Source of the DNA: an uncultured Bacilli bacterium
Lineage (GTDB): Bacteria; Bacillota_I; Bacilli_A; RF39; UBA660
Reading direction: 5' to 3'
DNA length: 64,000 bases
Assembly (NCBI GenBank): GCA_934101425.1
Contig: CAKOQQ010000008.1
Span: 3,088-67,087 of the forward strand
Part shown: positions 56,597 through 64,000 of the stretch, one piece after another
Layout: each line of letters starts with the position of its first letter
How positions within the stretch are numbered: the stretch's first letter is position 1
Program-made: the position numbers and the translations under genes
Notes under the pieces: model-generated
The model's input: the letters and a program-made list of their open reading frames with translations, nothing else
Database searches by the model: none
What the model was told of the DNA's origin: nothing

Positions 56597-57091
56597 TTAA
56601 AACATATTTATAACTTCATCTAATTTATCTATTACTAAATATCCTTTACTACTTAATTTAGGTGAAAATCTTATACTAATTCCACCTTCTTTTTGCCATT
56701 CATATAAATTTCCAGTAAAATCATCAATTAAAATTGAATCTAATGTATGTACCATTTTTGTTTTAGATATTTCTTTAGGTACAGGAATAATAGTTATATC
56801 TTTAAAGTATTTTCTAATAAATTTAATTTTTTCTACAGCTTCACCCATAGAGTGAACATGTGTAAGTATTGCTACATTAAATTTATTAGAGTCAATAATC
56901 TTTTGTACACAATTAAGTCCATCATTTATATCTGGAGTAGTTGCTAAAAGTTTTTTCCAATCTAACTTAGAATAAAACTTAGATTTTGCTACTTCATCAT
57001 TCATATCTATTCCTTCATCACTAAGCATTTTATATGTAACATTAATAGTATCCATTATTACTCCATCAAAATCAATATAAAGATTAATCAT
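56597..57091 (-). CDS. HAD-superfamily 5'(3')-deoxyribonucleotidase-like protein
   Basis: N-terminal DFDGV(I) motif I (IDFDGVIMDT); 164 aa. Confidence 0.6.
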   Translation of the reverse strand: MINLYIDFDGVIMDTINVTYKMLSDEGIDMNDEVAKSKFYSKLDWKKLLATTPDINDGLNCVQKIIDSNKFNVAILTHVHSMGEAVEKIKFIRKYFKDITIIPVPKEISKTKMVHTLDSILIDDFTGNLYEWQKEGGISIRFSPKLSSKGYLVIDKLDEVINMF

Positions 57092-57157
57092 ACTACCACT
57101 CCTTACACCTATATTCTACCATATTTTCTTTTGTTGGTAAACTTAAAAAAAAGAAGA

Positions 57158-57682
57158 CTATTTGTCTTCTTTTGTAGTTTTTTTAGCAGTTGTTTTTTTT
57201 GCTGCTGGTTTTTTAGCTGTAGTTTCTTTTTTAGTAGTTTCTTTCTTTGTAGTAGTCTTCTTTGCTGGAGACACTTTAGCTTCTGCTTTAGAACTTTCTA
57301 CTTTAGCTACTCTCTTAGTTACTTTACCATTTAAAGCATCTTTAGCGATTACTACTAAATCAGCGAATGCTTTAGGATTATCAATAGCGATTTCAGAAAG
57401 CATTTTTCTATTAATAGTAACTTCTGCTTTATTTAATCCACTAATGAATTTAGAATAACTGATTTCATTTTCACGACATGCAGCATTAATTCTTGTAATC
57501 CATAATTTTCTGAATTCTCTTTTATTTTGTCTTCTATCTCTGAATGCATATTTACCAGAATGCATAACTTGTTCATTAGCAGTTCTGTATAATCTATGTT
57601 TACTTCCAAAGTAACCTTTAGCTTGTTTTAAAACTTTTTTATGACGTGCTTTACTAATTGTTCCACCTTTAACTCTTGTCAT
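57158..57682 (-). CDS. rplT: 50S ribosomal protein L20 with ~55-aa Lys/Thr/Ala-rich C-terminal extension
   Basis: [26 protein letters not shown] canonical L20. Tail [35 protein letters not shown]. Terminator GAAGAC-AAATA-GTCTTC plus a T-run overlaps the stop. Confidence 0.95.
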   Translation of the reverse strand: MTRVKGGTISKARHKKVLKQAKGYFGSKHRLYRTANEQVMHSGKYAFRDRRQNKREFRKLWITRINAACRENEISYSKFISGLNKAEVTINRKMLSEIAIDNPKAFADLVVIAKDALNGKVTKRVAKVESSKAEAKVSPAKKTTTKKETTKKETTAKKPAAKKTTAKKTTKEDK

Positions 57683-57696
57683 TTAATTCACCTCTT

Positions 57697-57885
57697 CTAT
57701 AATATTGTTTTAATTCTCTTGTAGTCACTAGCACTTAATGTAGATCCTGATCTACCTTTTCTACTAGCAGCTGTAGTTTTTTTACCTGTATTGTGTCTTG
57801 TACCTGGTTTACCAATTTTGATAGTTCCACCTGGACGAACATTACATACTTTTTTTGTACCTTTATGTGTTTTTAATTTTGGCAT
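57697..57885 (-). CDS. rpmI: 50S ribosomal protein L35
   Basis: MPKLKTHKGTKK canonical N-terminus, 62 aa. Confidence 0.95.
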   Translation of the reverse strand: MPKLKTHKGTKKVCNVRPGGTIKIGKPGTRHNTGKKTTAASRKGRSGSTLSASDYKRIKTIL

Positions 57886-57895
57886 AATTTTCCTC

Positions 57896-58437
57896 CTATT
57901 TTTCTTTTAATGGCGCAAGTATCATAGTCATAAATCTTCCTTCTAATTTAGGATTTTGTTCTATGACAGCGATATTTTCTAGAGTTTTTGCAAATCTAAG
58001 TAATACTTCTTTTCCTAATTCTGGGTGAGCCATTTCTCTTCCCTTAAATCTTATACTAACTTTAATCTTATGTCCTTTTTCTAAATATTTAGTAGAGTTT
58101 TTAACTCTAGTATTAAAGTCATGAATATCAATTGAAACTGATAATCTATATTCTTTAACTTCTAAAGTATTTTCTCTTTGTCTTTTTTGATTTTCTTTTT
58201 GTCTTTTCTTAGTTTCATATTTGTATTTATTGTAATCCATAATTTTACATACTTGTGGATTAGCATTTGGACTAATTAAAACTAAATCAAAACCTGCATA
58301 AGTTGCTAAAGTTCTAGCATCTTCAATTCTTTTGATACCTAATTGTTCTCCATTAGGACCTATAACCATTACTTCTTTTGCTCTTATTTGTTCATTTATA
58401 AACAAATCTCTGTCTTTACTAGCGATATCCCACACCT
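57896..58437 (-). CDS. infC: translation initiation factor IF-3 (probable non-AUG start)
   Basis: INEQIRAKEVMVIGPNGEQLG onwards is canonical IF-3. The listed upstream Met extension covers GGAGGTG; an in-frame ATC at 58437 lies 8 nt after it. Unusual AUU-class starts are the rule for infC. Confidence 0.85.
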
Positions 58438-58440
58438 CCA

Positions 58441-58564
58441 AATAAAAAAGTAGATACAAAGTATCCACTTAAAACCATATCAAAAATATTATAATGGCAT
58501 TTTACCCAAAGACTTAATCAATCGGGTGAGAAGTGGATACTTCTTCTTTCCTTTTTCAATCACT
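58441..58564 (-). promoter_or_regulatory. L20-leader-like attenuator upstream of infC
   Basis: Terminator AGTGGATAC-TTT-GTATCTACT+T6 (58455-58481). An upstream segment GAAGTATCCACTTC can pair alternatively with AAGTGGATACT. Position matches the Firmicute infC-rpmI-rplT leader. Confidence 0.5.
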
Positions 58565-58570
58565 TGTAAT

Positions 58571-58598
58571 ATTATACTATAAATCTATTATTTGTCAA
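58571..58598 (-). promoter_or_regulatory. sigma-A promoter of the infC operon
   Basis: TTGACA-16 nt-TATAAT. Confidence 0.65.
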
Positions 58599-58687
58599 CT
58601 AAAATATTACTACTTATTAAGTTTATCATATATATTATTTTAAATCAAGCGTTTTCTAAATTTAAAATTATAATATATATAAAATAT

Positions 58688-59758
58688 TTAAGAGATGATA
58701 GATTTTGAGATAGTGATAACTGGGCGAACACCGTAGCTGTCTGCATCATCCACGTTGCCGCGGTTCAATTGGCCATTGCGGACCACGTGCCAAGCGTCGT
58801 GAGAATCGCCGGAATATGCAGTGTTTGTCCAGTATCCCAACAAAGTACTAGAATCTGCTACATTACATCCATATGTTGTACACTTATATGTATTATCAAA
58901 TAACCATGCATATTTGTTTGTTCCTGCTGCTCCACTATAAGGTGAATTTGAATTTATATGGAAAAAATAATAACTTCCTCCTGCTGTCCATCCATTATTT
59001 CCTGTTATAGTAGCTATTTCTCTTGCTTCTATTAGTCTAGCATTTATACTTTTATTCCAACTAGACGTATCACTTTTTAGTTGTTTTAATAATGTAATTG
59101 GTCCTTTACTGTTATTTCCATAACTTCCATATTCCGCTTCTGTTCCTCCAGCAGCAATATAATCTGCTTTTGATACCCATGCAAATGTTGATGTTGTATT
59201 ATGATCTAGTAGTAAATTAACTGTTGATGCTCCTTCATCATTAAAGGTATACCACTTCATACATCCTGTTTTAGTTCCTGTAGTGCTCACTGCTTCAGAG
59301 CTTGTGCATTTAGTATTTGTTACTGGATTATAATATACTACTGTACCATTTGCGTATGTAATTACTTGTGGAGTATCTATAGTGCATTCACTTTCATCTG
59401 TTTTAGTGCTTGTTATAGTTCCATTAGATGATACTTCTACGCAGTAACCACTTATATACATTTTACCACTTACATTACCATTATTATCGTAAGTAAGATT
59501 TCCTTTTTTAGCTTGTTCTCCATCATACTTTAATGTGTTAGTGCTTAAATCAATATTAGAGTTTGGCTTATTATCCATTATATTTTTTATATAATGTGTT
59601 TTTGCTGCACCTACAATACTTCTTGCACTTGCTTCTGCTGCACTTTTTTTAGAGTCTTCTATAATATTTAATACTGCAGGGGTTGCAATTAAAGCAATAA
59701 CTGCTAATATTACTATTACTGCTAATAACTCTATTAATGTAAACCCTTTCTTTTTCAT
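58688..59758 (-). CDS. bimodular type IV pilin-like protein (paralog D)
   Basis: MKKKGFTLIELLAVIVILAVIALIA. Very similar to paralog A over the first ~170 aa. C-terminal module ends YGVRPVITI. Confidence 0.85.
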   Translation of the reverse strand: MKKKGFTLIELLAVIVILAVIALIATPAVLNIIEDSKKSAAEASARSIVGAAKTHYIKNIMDNKPNSNIDLSTNTLKYDGEQAKKGNLTYDNNGNVSGKMYISGYCVEVSSNGTITSTKTDESECTIDTPQVITYANGTVVYYNPVTNTKCTSSEAVSTTGTKTGCMKWYTFNDEGASTVNLLLDHNTTSTFAWVSKADYIAAGGTEAEYGSYGNNSKGPITLLKQLKSDTSSWNKSINARLIEAREIATITGNNGWTAGGSYYFFHINSNSPYSGAAGTNKYAWLFDNTYKCTTYGCNVADSSTLLGYWTNTAYSGDSHDAWHVVRNGQLNRGNVDDADSYGVRPVITISKSIIS

Positions 59759-59892
59759 ATTCCCTCCTTATCATAATTTAATTATAACATGTTTTTACAA
59801 AGAAATCACAGTTTTATAGATTTACTCCCTTTAAGTTTCTTACTAAGGAGTATCTCATCTGTGATATAGTATTTCTTAAGTATAACTTAAGA

Positions 59893-61098
59893 TTAGTTTT
59901 CTAAATTATTTATAGCTTCCATAACACCTAAATAGCCATATTCATATGTCATAGCTCCTTGTAAATAAGCGACATAAGGACTTCTAAGTGGGGCATCACA
60001 AGAAAGTTCTATAGAACTACCTTGATTAAAACTACCTGATGCCATTATTATTTCATCATCATATCCAGGCATATCACTTGGTATAGGAGTACTACTTGCA
60101 TCTATTAGTGAACCTTTTTGTATTCCTTGTACAAATGAGATAAGCTTTTCTCTATCATTAAATGTTATAGTTTGTACTATATCTACTCTTTCACTATTAT
60201 ATTTTGGTTCTACTACATATCCTTTTTGTTCTAATAAATAACTTGCTAATATAGCTGTTTTAAGAGCACTACCTACAACACTAGGCGAAATAGCAAGACC
60301 TTGTAACAAACTTTTATTTATTCCTAGACTAGGTCCTACTTCTTTTCCTTCTCCTGGTAATGTTAACCTTTCACCAGCTAACTTAACTAAGTCTCTTTTA
60401 CCAACGATATAAGCTCCATTAGGTGCTATAGTACCACCTAAGTTTTTTATAAGTGAACCAACTACAATATCAGCACCTACTTCAGTTGGTTCTTTTTCAT
60501 TTACAAATTCACAATAACAATTATCTACCATAATTATAATATCTTTATTTATATCTTTTATTAGTTTAATTACTTTTTCTAATTTACTAATTGATAAACT
60601 TTTTCTAGTAGAATAACCTTTACTTCTTTGTATATGTACTACTTTTACATTATCTAAACTAGTTTTAATTTTATCATAGTCAAAGTTATCATCTACTAAA
60701 TCTATTTGTTTATATATAACACCATATGATTTAAGTGATGAAGGATTATCTTTTATACCTATTACTTCATGTAATGTATCATAAGGTGTACCTGATATAC
60801 TTAAAAGTACATCATTTGGCCTTAATAATGCAAAGAAAGCGACTGTAAGAGCATGTGAGCCTGATATAAATTGGTTTCTTACAAGTGCATCTTCACATTT
60901 AAATATATCACTATATACTTTTTCTATGGTATCTCTACCTAAATCATTATATCCATAACCGCTAGTTGAATTAAAATGTATTTCAGATACATTATTTTTA
61001 TGAAAAGCGTCTAATACCTTTTTACTATTATATAAAGTAAGAGCATCTACCTTATCAAATTCTATTTTTAAATTACTATCTATCATATATTCCACCAT
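59893..61098 (-). CDS. PLP-dependent aluminium-resistance/YnbB-like (Met gamma-lyase family) protein
   Basis: About 400 aa; N-terminal VLDAFHKNNVSE..HFNSTSGYGYNDLGRD block typical of the YnbB family. Confidence 0.7.
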   Translation of the reverse strand: MVEYMIDSNLKIEFDKVDALTLYNSKKVLDAFHKNNVSEIHFNSTSGYGYNDLGRDTIEKVYSDIFKCEDALVRNQFISGSHALTVAFFALLRPNDVLLSISGTPYDTLHEVIGIKDNPSSLKSYGVIYKQIDLVDDNFDYDKIKTSLDNVKVVHIQRSKGYSTRKSLSISKLEKVIKLIKDINKDIIIMVDNCYCEFVNEKEPTEVGADIVVGSLIKNLGGTIAPNGAYIVGKRDLVKLAGERLTLPGEGKEVGPSLGINKSLLQGLAISPSVVGSALKTAILASYLLEQKGYVVEPKYNSERVDIVQTITFNDREKLISFVQGIQKGSLIDASSTPIPSDMPGYDDEIIMASGSFNQGSSIELSCDAPLRSPYVAYLQGAMTYEYGYLGVMEAINNLEN

Positions 61099-61810
61099 CT
61101 ACTCTTATTATTGAACTATTTATATAAGTTCCATCATTACATACAAAATATGCTACTTTAGCTATTTCAAAAGGATTTGCAAATCTATGTAAACATATTT
61201 TATTTAATTCTTTTTCTTTAAAAGATATATCCATATCTTTATTCATATCGGTATCTACCCAACCTAAAGCTAAGGCATTTACCCTTATATAAGGTGAAAA
61301 TTCTTTAGCTAAATTATGAGTTAAAGAAATAACACCAGCTTTTGATGCATCGTAATCTATACTTTCAGGATAACAAGTATCTATTCCATTAGTTGAAGAA
61401 ATATTTAAGATTACACCTTCTTTTTTATCATACATATATGTACCAAAGTATTTGCTAACTAAAAAAGTTCCTATTAAGTTTGTATCTAATATTTTTTTAA
61501 AGTTATCTATACTTTTATCTATAAACATAGTATCAATTGCTATACCAGCATTATTTATAACAACATCAATTCTACCCATTTCTTTTATTACTTTATCAAA
61601 CATTTCTTTAACTTCAGATTCTACACCTACATCACATTTTATAAGTAAAACTTTTACATTATATGTTTTTATTTCTTCTTCTAACGTCTTAGCTTCTAAA
61701 TAACTAGTATTATAGTTTATTACGACATCATAACCATTTTTACTAAATTCTTTTATAATAGCTCTACCAATACCTTTTGATGAGCCTGTTACTAGTACTA
61801 CTTTATTCAT
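61076..61810 (-). CDS. SDR-family oxidoreductase (FabG-like)
   Basis: Start moved to MNKVVLVTGSSKGIG (ATG 61810, AGGAGG upstream). TGxxxGIG, NNAG, YxxxK (YDASK) motifs. Confidence 0.85.
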   Translation of the reverse strand: MNKVVLVTGSSKGIGRAIIKEFSKNGYDVVINYNTSYLEAKTLEEEIKTYNVKVLLIKCDVGVESEVKEMFDKVIKEMGRIDVVINNAGIAIDTMFIDKSIDNFKKILDTNLIGTFLVSKYFGTYMYDKKEGVILNISSTNGIDTCYPESIDYDASKAGVISLTHNLAKEFSPYIRVNALALGWVDTDMNKDMDISFKEKELNKICLHRFANPFEIAKVAYFVCNDGTYINSSIIRVDGGIYDR

Positions 61811-61843
61811 AATACCTCCTAAATAAAAATAGCACATAAAGTG

Positions 61844-62401
61844 CTATAATCTTGAATCATATTTACCATCTTTAGTTGAAACGATAATAACTTCTCCATC
61901 TTCAATAAAAAGTGGTACTCTAACTACTAAACCATTTTCAAGTTCTGCATCTTTAGTAGCATTTGTTGTAGTGTTACCTTTAACAGCTGGTTCAGTATGA
62001 ACTACTGTATATTCTATTTTTTCTGGTAAAATCATTCCTAATAATTCTCCATTATAGAAACTTAAATCAACATTGATGTTTTCTTTTAAATATTTAATAT
62101 CGTCACCAATTTGATCTTTAGTTAATTCAACTTGTTCATAAGTTTCCATATTCATAAAATAATAAGTATCACCAGTATTATATAAATAAGACATTGTTTG
62201 TTTTTGAATCATTGCTTTTTCTAATTTAATACTTGTATTAAATGTTTTTTCAACTGTAGAACCTGTTCTTAAGTTTCTTAATTTAGCTTTTACAAATGCT
62301 GCACCCTTACCTGGTTTTACATGTTGGAATTCTAATACTACATAAATATTATCTTCAAATATAAATGTTATTCCATTTTTTATATCATTTACGTTAAACA
62401 T
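61844..62401 (-). CDS. efp: elongation factor P
   Basis: 185 aa; HVKPGKGAAFVKAKLRNL loop with the modified Lys. Confidence 0.95.
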   Translation of the reverse strand: MFNVNDIKNGITFIFEDNIYVVLEFQHVKPGKGAAFVKAKLRNLRTGSTVEKTFNTSIKLEKAMIQKQTMSYLYNTGDTYYFMNMETYEQVELTKDQIGDDIKYLKENINVDLSFYNGELLGMILPEKIEYTVVHTEPAVKGNTTTNATKDAELENGLVVRVPLFIEDGEVIIVSTKDGKYDSRL

Positions 62402-62432
62402 AATTTCCTCCTTTCGAGTAATTTAGTTATTT

Positions 62433-62600
62433 TTATTTTTTTTCTTTATGAGTTGTAGTTTTTTGACAATTTGAACAATATTTGTTTAATTCTAAACGTT
62501 CAGTTGTATTTTTTCTATTTTTTTCTGTACGATAGTTTTCTCTTTTACATTCAGTACATTCTAGAGTTACTCTTTCTCTATTTTCACCTTTTTTAGCCAT
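62433..62600 (-). CDS. rpmG: 50S ribosomal protein L33 (zinc-binding type)
   Basis: Not in the ORF track. GGAGGG RBS. Peptide [55 protein letters not shown] with CxxC...CxxC. Confidence 0.9.
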   Translation of the reverse strand: MAKKGENRERVTLECTECKRENYRTEKNRKNTTERLELNKYCSNCQKTTTHKEKK

Positions 62601-62643
62601 AGTAAACTTCCCTCCTTTAAAACACTAATAGCATTATAACAAA

Positions 62644-64000
62644 TTATTTGTAAAAATAAAAGTATTTTTTTATAACTTGTTGTGCAATTCTCTTATTTAC
62701 ACTACTTCTATAGTAAGAAGAACCCTTATTATGAGATATATCTGGCGAAATAATTGCAAATGCCACTTTAGGATTATTATACGGTGCAAATGATACAAAT
62801 GAATTACTAATAGTCTCTGTATCAACAATACTATCATTATTTGTATCAATAAAACTTTGACTAGTTCCTGTTTTACTAGCTGGATAATAACTATTATCTA
62901 CAAATCCATATGATGTTCCATAAGCACTTGATGCAATAAATCCTTTTTTTACTCTATCTATATATTCATCTTTAGTATTTACTTTATTAAGTTTAATTGG
63001 TTTATATTCATATATTAAATCGCCATCACTACTATATGCTTTATTTACTAAATTTAATTTCATTCTATTACCATTATTTGCAAGGGTACTTATATATTGT
63101 GCTATTTGAATTGGTGTATAAGTATCGTATTGTCCTATAGAAAAATCTAATAAATGACCTGGTAATGTACTAGTTCCTTTATAACCTAAAGTTTCATTAG
63201 GTAAATCAATACCCGTTTTTATTCCTAGTCCAAATTCTGCAAAAGTATTTCTATATATTTCAAAAGCACTTTTATCTATAACAAGTGGTTTATTGTATTC
63301 ATATACTCCTTTACCAACTTTAATAGCAGTATTAAACTGATAAGTATTAGATGATTTAGCGAGAGCATCTATATCATTTATATTACCCATATAGTAAACA
63401 GAACATTTTTCTTTAGTAGCTGCTATTTTAATACAACTATCATTTCTTACTTCACCAATTTTTAAAACACTTTCATTATATCCAACTAATTGAGATGCAC
63501 CTTTTACAACAGAACCTGCGACAACTGTAGAGGTTATAACTCCAGGTGTATAATCGTATACTTTACCATCTATTATTTGCCTGCCTGCCATAGATAATAT
63601 TTCACCAGTATTAGGATCTGTTATTATAACAAATGATTTATTATAATACTCGGTGTTAGGTTCTTTTTTAGCGTTTATTAGTTCTTTTTCTATAATACTT
63701 TCTACTTCTTTTTGTAAATTTATATCAATTGAAAGCACTATATCACTACCACGATGACCTTCTTCTATTAGTTTATAAGTACCATTTTCTACTTCATATT
63801 TATTTTTAGTACCTCTTAGATAACTATCATATTCATACTCTAAATAACTAGTTCCTACATTATCATTTAAACTATAACCTTTATTTAAATAATACTCTTT
63901 TAAATTTAATGGTAATGATGAAGTTGAAACACTACCTAATATACTTTTAAAAGTATTACCATATAAATATACTCTTTCCCAATCTAATCTAGTATTTACA
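62644..64000 (-). CDS. class B penicillin-binding protein (transpeptidase), 5'-truncated by the window edge
   Basis: SVVKGAS (SxxK-like) and KTGTSQ motifs. I checked that the minus-strand frame has no stop from 63739 to 64000, so the gene continues beyond the window. Confidence 0.8.
   Translation of the reverse strand, partial: VNTRLDWERVYLYGNTFKSILGSVSTSSLPLNLKEYYLNKGYSLNDNVGTSYLEYEYDSYLRGTKNKYEVENGTYKLIEEGHRGSDIVLSIDINLQKEVESIIEKELINAKKEPNTEYYNKSFVIITDPNTGEILSMAGRQIIDGKVYDYTPGVITSTVVAGSVVKGASQLVGYNESVLKIGEVRNDSCIKIAATKEKCSVYYMGNINDIDALAKSSNTYQFNTAIKVGKGVYEYNKPLVIDKSAFEIYRNTFAEFGLGIKTGIDLPNETLGYKGTSTLPGHLLDFSIGQYDTYTPIQIAQYISTLANNGNRMKLNLVNKAYSSDGDLIYEYKPIKLNKVNTKDEYIDRVKKGFIASSAYGTSYGFVDNSYYPASKTGTSQSFIDTNNDSIVDTETISNSFVSFAPYNNPKVAFAIISPDISHNKGSSYYRSSVNKRIAQQVIKKYFYFYK

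Noticed and set aside
57131-57458. Two plus-strand ORFs (57131-57334, 57162-57458) with striking Phe/Ser/Cys repeats.
   Set aside because: They are the antisense reading of the Lys/Thr-rich rplT tail (AAGAAA/ACT repeats). The minus-strand L20 reading is unambiguous.

Overview
Very AT-rich 64-kb chromosomal segment, coded almost entirely on the minus strand, from a spore-forming low-GC Bacillota genome. Supporting evidence is yqfC-yqfD, spoVAC-AD-AE, and Bacillus-like synteny (rpe/rsgA-prkC-prpC-rlmN, recU-ponA, nth-dnaD, cca, asnS, infC-rpmI-rplT). An N-domain-less ClpB behind a CIRCE operator resembles Mollicutes/Erysipelotrichia (lineage is inference only). Most of the window is ordinary housekeeping: PFOR, UvrA, PBP1A, MurE-MraY, GatCAB, AsnRS, EF-P, L33, a class B PBP. 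The stand-out is a five-member family of bimodular type IV pilin-like genes (30221-31750, 44982-46046, 46277-47284, 47349-48428, 58688-59758) with no pilus-assembly genes in the window. One member carries an intact Hint/intein-like autoprocessing domain plus a 159-aa tail. Three members sit behind a conserved leader: a near-consensus promoter and a short ORF whose stop codon lies inside an intrinsic-terminator-like hairpin just upstream of the pilin RBS. In two of these the leader ORF contains a G9 homopolymer, and +/-1 nt creates an immediate stop, so this is a candidate phase-variable attenuator. The three-gene pilin array is bracketed by 46-bp perfect direct repeats. Other notable items: an Asn-specifier T-box followed directly by two tRNA-Asn genes (G1:C72, divergent acceptor stems), a strong hairpin, then gatCAB-asnS. 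There is also an SPFH/Tim44-like/zinc-ribbon trio with a Cys-less EIIB-like protein, a degenerate GGDEF sensor, L20 with a lysine-rich tail, and an LRR-transglutaminase/HD-domain gene pair. No CRISPR array, rRNA, transposase or integrase was seen. All calls come from reading the sequence and from recalled family motifs; no database search was run.
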